Part shown: positions 42,492 through 50,297 of the stretch, in pieces
How positions within the stretch are numbered: position 1 is the first letter of the stretch
Layout: each line of letters begins with the position of its first letter
IMG/VR virus record: IMGVR_UViG_3300035703_000034
Span: 1 to 64,000 of that record
Reading direction: 5' to 3' (one strand)
DNA length: 64,000 bases
Source of the DNA: a virus
Program-made: the position numbers and the translations under genes
The notes under the pieces: generated by a model
Seen by the model: the letters and a program-made list of their open reading frames with translations, nothing else
What the model was told of the DNA's origin: nothing
Database searches by the model: none

Positions 42492-43937
42492 GTGCCCAAC
42501 GATTTTTCGTTCGCGCCCCACGAGAACGACCCCACCGACATCGCCAAAAACCCTTGGAAGCATCACGCCAGCGCCGCCGCCGCCGGCGGGGCGACCGGCG
42601 CTGCCATCGGTACGGCGCTCGGAGCCTGGGCAGGCGCCGGCAAAGGCTTCAAGTCCATGCTCGGGCATGCCGGCGCCGGTGCGCTCTTCGGGGGCGGCCT
42701 CGGCACGGGTCTGGGCTATCACAAGTCCGAAAAGAAGCAGCGAACCGTCGAGCAGGCCTACGGCGCCAACGATCCGTTTGCCATGGACAAGCTGAGTTAC
42801 GACCAGGCCCACGACGCCGGGCGGCAGTTTGCGTGGCGGATGCTGCGCGAGAAGCTGGCGCACCTGGGTCCGCTTGCGCCGCTGGGGCTGCTCGACGGCT
42901 CGCTGCAGGCTCCAGCGCTGCCCCAGGTCCCTAGAGGGAGCACGTTTAACCCCCGCGACTTCGACTTCGACGGCTTGCTGGTGCCCATGAAGCAGACCCC
43001 CGGAGGACGTGTCAGAAACGAGCTTCCGATCGCCTCTGACTGGGCGTCCGTGCAGCGCGGGGGGCGAGGCAAGCCGCGTGTGGTAACGGTGCACCCCAAG
43101 CTGCTGGTGAGTCCCGAGCGGGCTTTGGCGCTGAAACACCAGGTCACACGAAACTCGACGACCGGCGGAGACGCGCTGGCCATGGAGCACGCGGCCAACG
43201 TCGCCCTGGTGGAGGAGCACAACCGGAATGTCCTGAACGCGCACTTTGCCGGGCACCCGCACCGCGCGCACCTCGTGGACTACGTCCTGCAAAAGCACCG
43301 TGAAAATCACCAGGATTACTTTGACTTCGACAGGTTCGAAGGCAACGTGAGGCGCGTGGCCCCGGAGCCGCCGCGCTCGCAAACCGCCGCGCGTACGAGC
43401 GGCGCACCGTCTGGTACACCTGCGCAGGTTTCTCCCGCCGCCGCTGCGAGTGCGTCCACTACGTCCGCGGCGGGCGCTGCGACTTCGACCCCGCATGCAA
43501 GCTCCGGCGCGGCGTCGTCAGCTGCCAGCTCCGCAGCCGGCGCTCCCACTGCCCAGGCCACCGGCGCTCCCACGGCCCAGGCCACCGGCGCTCCCACGGC
43601 CCAGGCCACCGGCGCTCCCACTGCCCAGGCCACCGGCGCTCCCACGGCCCAGGCCACCGGCGCTCCCACTGCCCAGGCCACCGGCGCTCCCACGGCCCAG
43701 GCCACCGGTGCGGCGTCGACCACGCACGGCTCGAACCGTCAGCCACGCTCGGTCGCGCCTCCACAGCAGACCCTCTCAGAAGCAGCGACCGACTTGTGGA
43801 CGAACCACAAAGGCAAGCTCGGCCTCGGCGCCGCGGCGCTGGGCCTCTCGGGTCTCGGCTACTACGCGTACATGCAAAACGAGCGGCGCAACGCCGATCA
43901 GCTGTTCCAGCCGCGCGAAGACGTGATGGGCGCGTGA
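42492..43937 (+). CDS. Multi-module glycine-zipper protein with low-complexity linker
   Basis: N-terminal GxxxG hairpin, 'EKLA', GAPTAQAT repeats, C-terminal TM helix. AGGAGG RBS. Confidence 0.65.
   Translation: MPNDFSFAPHENDPTDIAKNPWKHHASAAAAGGATGAAIGTALGAWAGAGKGFKSMLGHAGAGALFGGGLGTGLGYHKSEKKQRTVEQAYGANDPFAMDKLSYDQAHDAGRQFAWRMLREKLAHLGPLAPLGLLDGSLQAPALPQVPRGSTFNPRDFDFDGLLVPMKQTPGGRVRNELPIASDWASVQRGGRGKPRVVTVHPKLLVSPERALALKHQVTRNSTTGGDALAMEHAANVALVEEHNRNVLNAHFAGHPHRAHLVDYVLQKHRENHQDYFDFDRFEGNVRRVAPEPPRSQTAARTSGAPSGTPAQVSPAAAASASTTSAAGAATSTPHASSGAASSAASSAAGAPTAQATGAPTAQATGAPTAQATGAPTAQATGAPTAQATGAPTAQATGAPTAQATGAASTTHGSNRQPRSVAPPQQTLSEAATDLWTNHKGKLGLGAAALGLSGLGYYAYMQNERRNADQLFQPREDVMGA
43539..43706 (+). 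repeat. Tandem repeat 7 x 24 bp encoding GAPTAQAT
   Basis: GGCGCTCCCAC(T/G)GCCCAGGCCACC x7. Confidence 0.95.
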
Positions 43938-45691
43938 CCGTGGTCGCACCCGACGAACGCATTAAGCAGCGGATTCTGGCTGACCCCTACGGCGAGGCGG
44001 ACGTCATCATCCACCGCTCGCGCGACATCGGCGCGACGGTCGGCAGCGTGGTTCCCATCGTGGGACCCTTGGTGGGCGCGAACGTCGGCCGCGTGCATGG
44101 CATGTACAAGGCGGTGCAGCTGCACGACCAAGCAGCAAAGGAGTATGCGGCGCGGGGCGGTCACCTGAACGTTCTGGCCCGGCACCCGTACGCCACTGGC
44201 CTGGTGTCGACCGCGGGTTTGTTTCCGGTCGGCGCAGGCACAGCGGGGCTCGCCATCGGGCATCAGCTGTCGCGCGCCGCCGTCCCGCAAGACCTCGCCG
44301 CAGCCCGCGCCACCACCGACGACGAGAAGCTGGACCACCCGTACGAGCTGCTGACGCGCAACACCGTCGGCGGCGAGCTCATCGGCGGCGCCCTGGTCGG
44401 AACGGCCGGAACGCTCGCGGGCCGTCACTACGGCCAGACGCACGCCGGTGCCATCAATGCGAGCCTGACGAAAACCGAGGAGCTCGGACGCAAGTTTCTG
44501 GCCGGCGACCTGGGCCTCCCAATCTCGCGCACCCCCCGGGGAATCAACATGCCGGGCAACTTCTGGAAGTACGGCCTCGGCGTGACAGGCGCGGTCACCG
44601 GGTTTGGCGTCGGCGCGGCGCTGGGGTCGGTGCCTGGCATCCTCGGCACCATCAAAGAGCACGGCGAGGCGGCCGCGCGCGCCGAGGCCAAGGGGCAGAA
44701 GCTCCCCTACCTGGTACGCTCGCCCTACCTGGCTTACCTCGGGGCCGGTGCGGTGACCACGCCCATCGGCCTGGGCGGCGCGAAGAACCTCGCCTTTGAA
44801 AACGTCATCCAGTACAAGCGCCAGCAAAAGACCCCGCCCGCCGACCTGTCGGCGGATCTGGGCGGGTTTGCGAGTCATCTGCACCGCACCTACCTCGGAC
44901 AGCCCGAGGCCGCGGTTGCGAAAAAGAAGCCCACCCGCACCAAACGTGCTGCAGCCCACAGTTCCCAAGGAGGAAGCCCGATGCCCAGTCCGCTGCCAAC
45001 CCCGACCGTCGCCGCACCGCCCGGTCCCGTTCCGGTGCAGCCGCAAGGAAGCGCGCTACCCCCCAAGATGCCGTTCATCGTCAGCCATCCGTACCTGGCG
45101 TCAGCCGGCTACAACGTGGCTGGTGGTGCGCTGGGCGCGGGCGTTGGGTCGCTGTCCGGTGGTGTGGCGGGCAAGCTCGTCCGGCCGGTGGCAAACGCCG
45201 TTGAGGCGGGCCTCAACGCCTACGTCAAGACACCCATGGAAGGCCGCTTCAGCGTGCCGCTGCATCTTGCTGCCGCAGCGGCGGCCCGCGGTGCCAACGT
45301 GCTCGGCCGAGCGGCTGAAACCGGCGGACGGCTGGCTGGTGGCGTGGCGGGTGCCGGGGCGGGCCTGCTGGCGGGCGACGTCGCCGCCGTCGCGCACCAC
45401 TTGCATGATCGTTTGGAGTACGCACGGACGTTGCGCAGCGCCGGTCACTCGGACCGGCTGCCGTTCGTGGTCGAGCATCCGTACCTGACACGCGCGCCGA
45501 TGTCCCTCCTCCCGGTCATCGGCCAGTACGGGATCGCGCCCGCTGTGCATTACAACGCGCGCAACGCCTTCGAAGACAGCTTCCGTGAAGCTGCCAAGCG
45601 TCCGGTCGCGCCGACGGAGAAGGCGGCCGCGATGCAGGACGCCTACGCCGCCGGCCGCACGTTTGCCTACCAGCTGGCGCAGCAAGTCTGA
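43934..45691 (+). CDS. Glycine-zipper membrane polyprotein with four HPY/SPY modules
   Basis: 'VLARHPYA', 'LPYLVRSPYL', 'MPFIVSHPYL', 'LPFVVEHPYL', with TKRAA and EKAA motifs. GTG start overlaps the upstream stop. Confidence 0.65.
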   Translation: MTVVAPDERIKQRILADPYGEADVIIHRSRDIGATVGSVVPIVGPLVGANVGRVHGMYKAVQLHDQAAKEYAARGGHLNVLARHPYATGLVSTAGLFPVGAGTAGLAIGHQLSRAAVPQDLAAARATTDDEKLDHPYELLTRNTVGGELIGGALVGTAGTLAGRHYGQTHAGAINASLTKTEELGRKFLAGDLGLPISRTPRGINMPGNFWKYGLGVTGAVTGFGVGAALGSVPGILGTIKEHGEAAARAEAKGQKLPYLVRSPYLAYLGAGAVTTPIGLGGAKNLAFENVIQYKRQQKTPPADLSADLGGFASHLHRTYLGQPEAAVAKKKPTRTKRAAAHSSQGGSPMPSPLPTPTVAAPPGPVPVQPQGSALPPKMPFIVSHPYLASAGYNVAGGALGAGVGSLSGGVAGKLVRPVANAVEAGLNAYVKTPMEGRFSVPLHLAAAAAARGANVLGRAAETGGRLAGGVAGAGAGLLAGDVAAVAHHLHDRLEYARTLRSAGHSDRLPFVVEHPYLTRAPMSLLPVIGQYGIAPAVHYNARNAFEDSFREAAKRPVAPTEKAAAMQDAYAAGRTFAYQLAQQV

Positions 45692-45710
45692 CGGGGTTTT
45701 TCGCGCGCGG

Positions 45711-45719
45711 CTGATAGTT
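45711..45719 (+). promoter_or_regulatory. Putative promoter motif variant CTGATAGTT
   Basis: Preceded by GGTTTTT. Upstream of the protease gene. Confidence 0.5.
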
Positions 45720-45751
45720 CATGTGGAGCCTGAACCGGCCACGGAGCCAGC

Positions 45752-47137
45752 ATGACCGATCAGCCGTTTGAGAAACGCATCGACCTTGCCCACGACTACC
45801 TCAACGAGGGGGAGTCGCGCGTGGTGCCGCTCGCCGTCTCGTACGGCCAGCTGACCGTCGACGATCGCGCGAGCCGCGGCCACGTGAAGACCGCCGCGGC
45901 CGAAGAGGCCCTGGCTGCCTGCGCCAACGTCAAGCCGCAGGCCGACCGGGTCTACGCGCTCGTCATCGGGCTGGGTTCTTCCGAGTTCTGGGGCGTCAAC
46001 AACAACGGCGACAGCTTCCCGGAGAACGCCCTGCTGGGCCTGCCGCCGGTCGACTCGCCGATGGCGTTCTTCGACAAGTACAAGGCGCGCATCCGGCCGG
46101 GCTGGGGCTACAAGACCTTCCTCAAGGGCCACGTCTTCGAGGAGCACCGCAACTCCAACCCGCGCTTCGCCATCGGCGGCATCCAGGACACCTTTTGGAA
46201 CAACCGCATGCACCGCGTCGAGAACCTCATCTGGATCGACCGGAAGAAAGGCAAGAAGTGGGCCGAGCGCCTCGACGCCGGCAAGACGATCGGCACGAGC
46301 ATGGCCTGCAAGGTGCCCTTCGACCGCTGCAGCCTGTGCAGCAACCTCGCGCCCACCCGCGCGCAGTACTGCCCGCACCTCAAGCCCGGCACCAGCGCCT
46401 ACCAGCTGCGGCAAATTCGCGACGACGGCCTCGCCGTCAGCATGATCAACGACTTCCCGCACTTCTTCGACGAGAGCTGCGTGGAGAACCCGGCCGCCCC
46501 CGAGGCGCTTTCCATCATGAAGGTCGCTAGCGACGCGGCCAAGGTCGCGGCCCGGAAGCAGGCCGAGCTGAAGAAGACCGGGCCGGACCTCCCGCTCGAC
46601 GTGATGCTCGACGACGTCAAGCAGCTCTACCAGTCCGAGCCGCACCTGCCCGCCTCCGTGATCGACAAGCTGCGGCAGTTCCCGCTGACGGACGTCACGG
46701 CCGGGCTCAAGAAGCTCGGCATGGCGCTGCGGCCCTCCGAGATGTTCGCGCTGTGCTACGGGGCGGACGCGCTGCCGACCAAAGTGGCGCGCGACCTCGA
46801 CGACCAGGTCTGGGTGGCGCCCGTGCGCGACGGCTACGACCCGCGCCTCGCCGAGGCGGCCCAAGTGAAGATCGCGAGCCTGCCGGACCCCCGCGCCACC
46901 CAGCGCGTGGTCGACCTGCTCACGCCCTTCGCCACGAAGCGCAGCTACCTCGAGCCCTACCTGACGCCCCGGCTGATGCAGACCCCCGTCAAGGCGGCCC
47001 ATGCGATCGTGGCGCGGCCCGACCTGCAGCCCTACCTCGATGCCTACCACGGCCTGTACAAGCGTGCGAGCGGCGAGTTCGGCTACGGCGCGACCCAGCT
47101 GTACGCGACCTACCAGGGCCTGCACGGAGCGTGGTGA
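45752..47137 (+). CDS. Prohead maturation protease (HK97/assemblin fold) with Zn-finger insert and C-terminal extension
   Basis: 'NNNGDSF', catalytic His in 'FEEH', Ser in 'GTSMAC', 'FFDESCVENPA' (F.E.S.V..PA-like). Lies upstream of the capsid gene. Confidence 0.75.
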   Translation: MTDQPFEKRIDLAHDYLNEGESRVVPLAVSYGQLTVDDRASRGHVKTAAAEEALAACANVKPQADRVYALVIGLGSSEFWGVNNNGDSFPENALLGLPPVDSPMAFFDKYKARIRPGWGYKTFLKGHVFEEHRNSNPRFAIGGIQDTFWNNRMHRVENLIWIDRKKGKKWAERLDAGKTIGTSMACKVPFDRCSLCSNLAPTRAQYCPHLKPGTSAYQLRQIRDDGLAVSMINDFPHFFDESCVENPAAPEALSIMKVASDAAKVAARKQAELKKTGPDLPLDVMLDDVKQLYQSEPHLPASVIDKLRQFPLTDVTAGLKKLGMALRPSEMFALCYGADALPTKVARDLDDQVWVAPVRDGYDPRLAEAAQVKIASLPDPRATQRVVDLLTPFATKRSYLEPYLTPRLMQTPVKAAHAIVARPDLQPYLDAYHGLYKRASGEFGYGATQLYATYQGLHGAW

Positions 47138-47454
47138 TGCGCCCTTACGAAGCGTACTGGCTGCACAAACAGGCGAGCGACGGCGTCGACTGGCACGCCC
47201 TGCGGCAGAAGACCCACGACCACCTGCACGCCGCCCAAGCGTACTGGCAAGCCAACAAGCCCGCGATGCTGCGCTCGACGGCGAACAACCTGATGTACGG
47301 GCTGCTCACCAGCCGGGCGACAGGGCCGGTCTCGCTGGTCGGCTCGAGCACGGGCGGCGTCATCGACGGCATGCTGTTCCGGCCCGCGACGGACGCCACG
47401 ATCAACCTGGTGGGGACGGGCTTACGAAAGTTTTACGGTTTGGGTGAAAAATAG
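47137..47454 (+). CDS. Small KxA-family protein
   Basis: 'HKQAS'. Coupled to the protease stop (TGATG). Confidence 0.55.
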   Translation: MRPYEAYWLHKQASDGVDWHALRQKTHDHLHAAQAYWQANKPAMLRSTANNLMYGLLTSRATGPVSLVGSSTGGVIDGMLFRPATDATINLVGTGLRKFYGLGEK

Positions 47455-47462
47455 GCCAACGA

Positions 47463-47470
47463 CGATAATT
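47463..47470 (+). promoter_or_regulatory. Putative promoter motif variant CGATAATT
   Basis: Upstream of an AAGGAGG RBS and the 47497 start. Confidence 0.5.
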
Positions 47471-47496
47471 CATTTGGCAAAAGGAGGATTCGCGGC

Positions 47497-48039
47497 ATGT
47501 CGAGCACCTACATCCAGAGCCTGATCGACGAGATCACGGCGAGCCAGGCTACGAAGCTGGCGTCCGATCACGAGAAGGACGAGAAGCACGAGAAGTCCGA
47601 CAAGAAGGACGACAAGTCCGACAAGAAGGATCGCGGCCGCGAGTTCTTCGAGAAGATGCGCGGCAAGAAGGACGACGAGAAGAAGGCGGCGGTCAAGACC
47701 GCGGCCGAGCGCGCGGCGTTCGACCTGTTCGCCGAGGTCGCGGACCTCCCGGACGATCTGCGCAAGCTGGCGGCCATGGAGGCGGAGGCGGAGTTCTTCG
47801 CCGACCTGCAACGGCAGCAGGCCTTCGGCTTCGGCGGCGCCGCCAAGCAGGCGAGCGACGACGAGTACGCGGCGCTGTTCAACGAGGTCTTCGAGGCCCA
47901 CACGGCCAAGCTGGCGTCGTTCGACCCGGACTACGCCGTGATGCTCGCCGAGGAGCAGCAGAAGATGGCGTTCAACCAGGGCTTTGAAGACGCCATGGCC
48001 GAGCTGCAGGCGCAGATCAACCCCCTGTCGCAGTTCTGA
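47497..48039 (+). CDS. Scaffold-like acidic helical protein, KxA repeats
   Basis: KLAS, KTAA, KLAA, KQAS, KLAS, KMAF. Shares a repeat with the next two genes. Confidence 0.65.
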   Translation: MSSTYIQSLIDEITASQATKLASDHEKDEKHEKSDKKDDKSDKKDRGREFFEKMRGKKDDEKKAAVKTAAERAAFDLFAEVADLPDDLRKLAAMEAEAEFFADLQRQQAFGFGGAAKQASDDEYAALFNEVFEAHTAKLASFDPDYAVMLAEEQQKMAFNQGFEDAMAELQAQINPLSQF

Positions 48040-48049
48040 GGAGACCTCC

Positions 48050-48286
48050 GTGAAGACGATCGATCAGGCCGTGGCGGAGAACGCCTACTGGGATCAGCTG
48101 GTGCAGAAGCAGGCAGCTGATACTTTCTACAGCGATCTTTTCGACGCGGCGTTCGAGCGCCAGACCGAAAAGCTCGCGGCGCTGGACCCCGACTATGCCG
48201 CGATGCTGTTCCAGGAGCAGCAGAAGCAGGCATTCAACCAGGCTTATGCCGAGACCCTGGCCCAGGCTCAGGCAACAGCTTGGTAG
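48050..48286 (+). CDS. Small scaffold-like paralogue
   Basis: GAGGAG RBS and GTG start. 'LFDAAFERQTEKLAALDPDYAAML'. Confidence 0.65.
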   Translation: MKTIDQAVAENAYWDQLVQKQAADTFYSDLFDAAFERQTEKLAALDPDYAAMLFQEQQKQAFNQAYAETLAQAQATAW

Positions 48287-48299
48287 AAGGTGACTTGAG

Positions 48300-48533
48300 A
48301 TGTCCGTCTACCACCAGATGATGATGCAGCTCCACGAGCAGGAGCTTGCCAAGCAGGCCGCCATGGCGGAGGCCGTCGACACCGAGGCGCTGTTCGACGC
48401 GGCGTTCGAGGCCCACACGGCCAAGCTGGCTGCGCTCGACCCCGCCTACGCGGCGATGCTGCACGCCGAGCAGGAGAAGACCGCGGCGTTCGAGGCCGCG
48501 TACTACACCACGCTGCAGGCGCTGGGAGGCTAG
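48300..48533 (+). CDS. Small scaffold-like paralogue
   Basis: 'LFDAAFEAHTAKLAALDPAYAAML'. All 3 Lys are in K-x-A. Confidence 0.65.
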   Translation: MSVYHQMMMQLHEQELAKQAAMAEAVDTEALFDAAFEAHTAKLAALDPAYAAMLHAEQEKTAAFEAAYYTTLQALGG

Positions 48534-48536
48534 ACC

Positions 48537-48746
48537 ATGAGCTGGGAGCACGAGCGCCACGCGCGGATCCAGGAAGCCACGGCCATGCTCAAGGCGGCCC
48601 GCGACGTGCTCGAGCACGCGCTGCCGCTCGTCGAGACCGGCGGCATGGACCCCGCGCAGGCGATCCTGGCAAAGAAGGCCAGCATCTACAAGAACCTGAA
48701 GTACGCCGACCTCGCGCAGGCGTACCGGTCCGCACAGGGACACTGA
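48537..48746 (+). CDS. Small KxA-family protein
   Basis: GGAGG RBS. LKAA, KKAS and LKYA motifs. Confidence 0.55.
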   Translation: MSWEHERHARIQEATAMLKAARDVLEHALPLVETGGMDPAQAILAKKASIYKNLKYADLAQAYRSAQGH

Positions 48747-48747
48747 C

Positions 48748-49689
48748 GTGTCAGGGCCCGTCTCGGCCGATCTCCACCGGTTCATCGTCAACCCGGAGAA
48801 CAGCAGCCTCGTGCTGTCGGCCGCGCGGCACCTGCTCTACCGCCCGGCAGACTTCCTGTACACGAAGCTGCGCGGACTGCCCGCAAACCCCCGGGGCAAC
48901 CTCTGGCACGGCCTGAACCCCGAAACCTGGGGCGCGGGCCTGGCGCGCGCAGGGGAGCGCGCCGACGCGTCGCTCGGACGCATGACGGGCGGCACGCGCA
49001 AGGAGATGGTCACGCTCAACCGCGACCACCTGCAGCGCATCGGCGACACGCTCGCCGACTGGGAGCGCCGCCCCGACATGAAGGCGCACGCCGGCCGCGT
49101 GCGCAAGCAGTTCGATGATCTGCTGCACCAGCACCACGCGCCCGGGACCACCTTGGACCAGGTGCTTCAAAACAGTCGCAGTGCTGATAATTACAAGGTA
49201 ACGCTGCACGACGTGCTTTTGCCGTCCGCCACGGGCGAGGTCGGCAAGACCGTCAAGACGATCGCGGCCGACGGTGCGGCGCTGTACGGGTCGGCCGAGA
49301 TCGTGAACCAAGTCAACCGGGTTGCCAACCAAAAGACCCCATCGGAGGACCGTATGTCAGACATGGCCGCCGTCAAAGCCGCCCTCGAGCAACTCGAAAA
49401 GGCCGCGCGGATCCTGGAAGAGATCCCTGCCCGCGACCGCGCGTACAAGCAGGCTTCGAGCCTGTACCAGCACGGCGCGATCATGGAGCACGAGGTCGAG
49501 AAGTACGCCGCGCTGTTCTTCGAGAACCCGGACAGCGCCGACGTCGTGGCCCAGGGCTTGCTGCGCAACAGCGCGAGCGAGGTCAAGTCCGCGCGCCTGG
49601 GTGAGGTGGTTTCGGGCAGCTCCGCGTCGACGGGGGGCTCTCGTTATTCGAGTTTCGATGCCATGTGCCTCGAAGGGCTTACCAAATAG
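48748..49689 (+). CDS. Head-cluster protein with probable nested C-terminal product from 49354
   Basis: Continuous ORF with an internal promoter motif (49184) and an internal GGAGG + ATG (49354). Confidence 0.6.
   Translation: MSGPVSADLHRFIVNPENSSLVLSAARHLLYRPADFLYTKLRGLPANPRGNLWHGLNPETWGAGLARAGERADASLGRMTGGTRKEMVTLNRDHLQRIGDTLADWERRPDMKAHAGRVRKQFDDLLHQHHAPGTTLDQVLQNSRSADNYKVTLHDVLLPSATGEVGKTVKTIAADGAALYGSAEIVNQVNRVANQKTPSEDRMSDMAAVKAALEQLEKAARILEEIPARDRAYKQASSLYQHGAIMEHEVEKYAALFFENPDSADVVAQGLLRNSASEVKSARLGEVVSGSSASTGGSRYSSFDAMCLEGLTK
49184..49192 (+). promoter_or_regulatory. Intragenic copy of promoter motif CTGATAATT
   Basis: Exact motif in a local AT-rich patch inside the ORF. Confidence 0.45.
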
Positions 49690-49708
49690 GGGCCTTTTTT
49701 CAAAACGG

Positions 49709-49717
49709 CTGATAATC
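49709..49717 (+). promoter_or_regulatory. Putative phage promoter motif CTGATAATC (capsid operon)
   Basis: Preceded by GGCCTTTTTT. Upstream of a TAAGGAG RBS. Confidence 0.65.
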
Positions 49718-49745
49718 CCGTTAACGGCGTAAGGAGATCAAAGCT

Positions 49746-50276
49746 ATGACCATCAGTTTCGGTAAGCCCGGACAACTGCGAAAGACGTTCAAGGACGCCA
49801 AGCTGGAGATCCAGGGCGGCGTGTACTTCCGTCACGCGTGTCCGCTGGTGGACGCCTTCAACAAGGCGAACCTCAAGGACGGGCTCTTCCTGGCGGCTGC
49901 CGCGGGCGGCAAGTTCGACGTGGCCGCGGACGCGAACCGCGCGCTGTACCTGATCTTCACCTCGAACTCCGAGGTGATCATCTCGCAGCCGACGTCGGCG
50001 GACGACTTCCCCGGCGACGACCGCACGGACGCTCCCACGGGCCTGTTCGGCTCCGTGCAGGCCGTGTGGCCGATCGAGCTGCTGCACACGGGTGCGCGTG
50101 GCACGGCGACGGTGGCGCTCAACAGCTACGCCGTCGGCACGGCCCTGACCGTCGTGAACGGCAGGCTGTGTCCCGCCAACGTCGGAGGCATCACGGGGGA
50201 CCGGATCGTCGGTTACGTCGAGGCGGAGCCCTCGGTGACCGGCACCAACTCCGTGCAGTGCCGCGTGTCCCTCTAA
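49746..50276 (+). CDS. Putative head decoration/cement protein
   Basis: Small beta-rich protein directly upstream of the capsid gene. 'YAVGTALTVVNGRL...IVGYV'. Confidence 0.55.
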   Translation: MTISFGKPGQLRKTFKDAKLEIQGGVYFRHACPLVDAFNKANLKDGLFLAAAAGGKFDVAADANRALYLIFTSNSEVIISQPTSADDFPGDDRTDAPTGLFGSVQAVWPIELLHTGARGTATVALNSYAVGTALTVVNGRLCPANVGGITGDRIVGYVEAEPSVTGTNSVQCRVSL

Positions 50277-50297
50277 CCGTTCCGGAGGCTTAGGATC

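Noticed and set aside
43539-43706. Possible CRISPR array
   Set aside because: The units are contiguous with no unique spacers, in frame within a CDS, and there are no cas genes.
47870-48500. Possible DGR template/variable repeat pair
   Set aside because: Differences are not confined to adenines, all copies are coding paralogues, and no reverse transcriptase is in the window.
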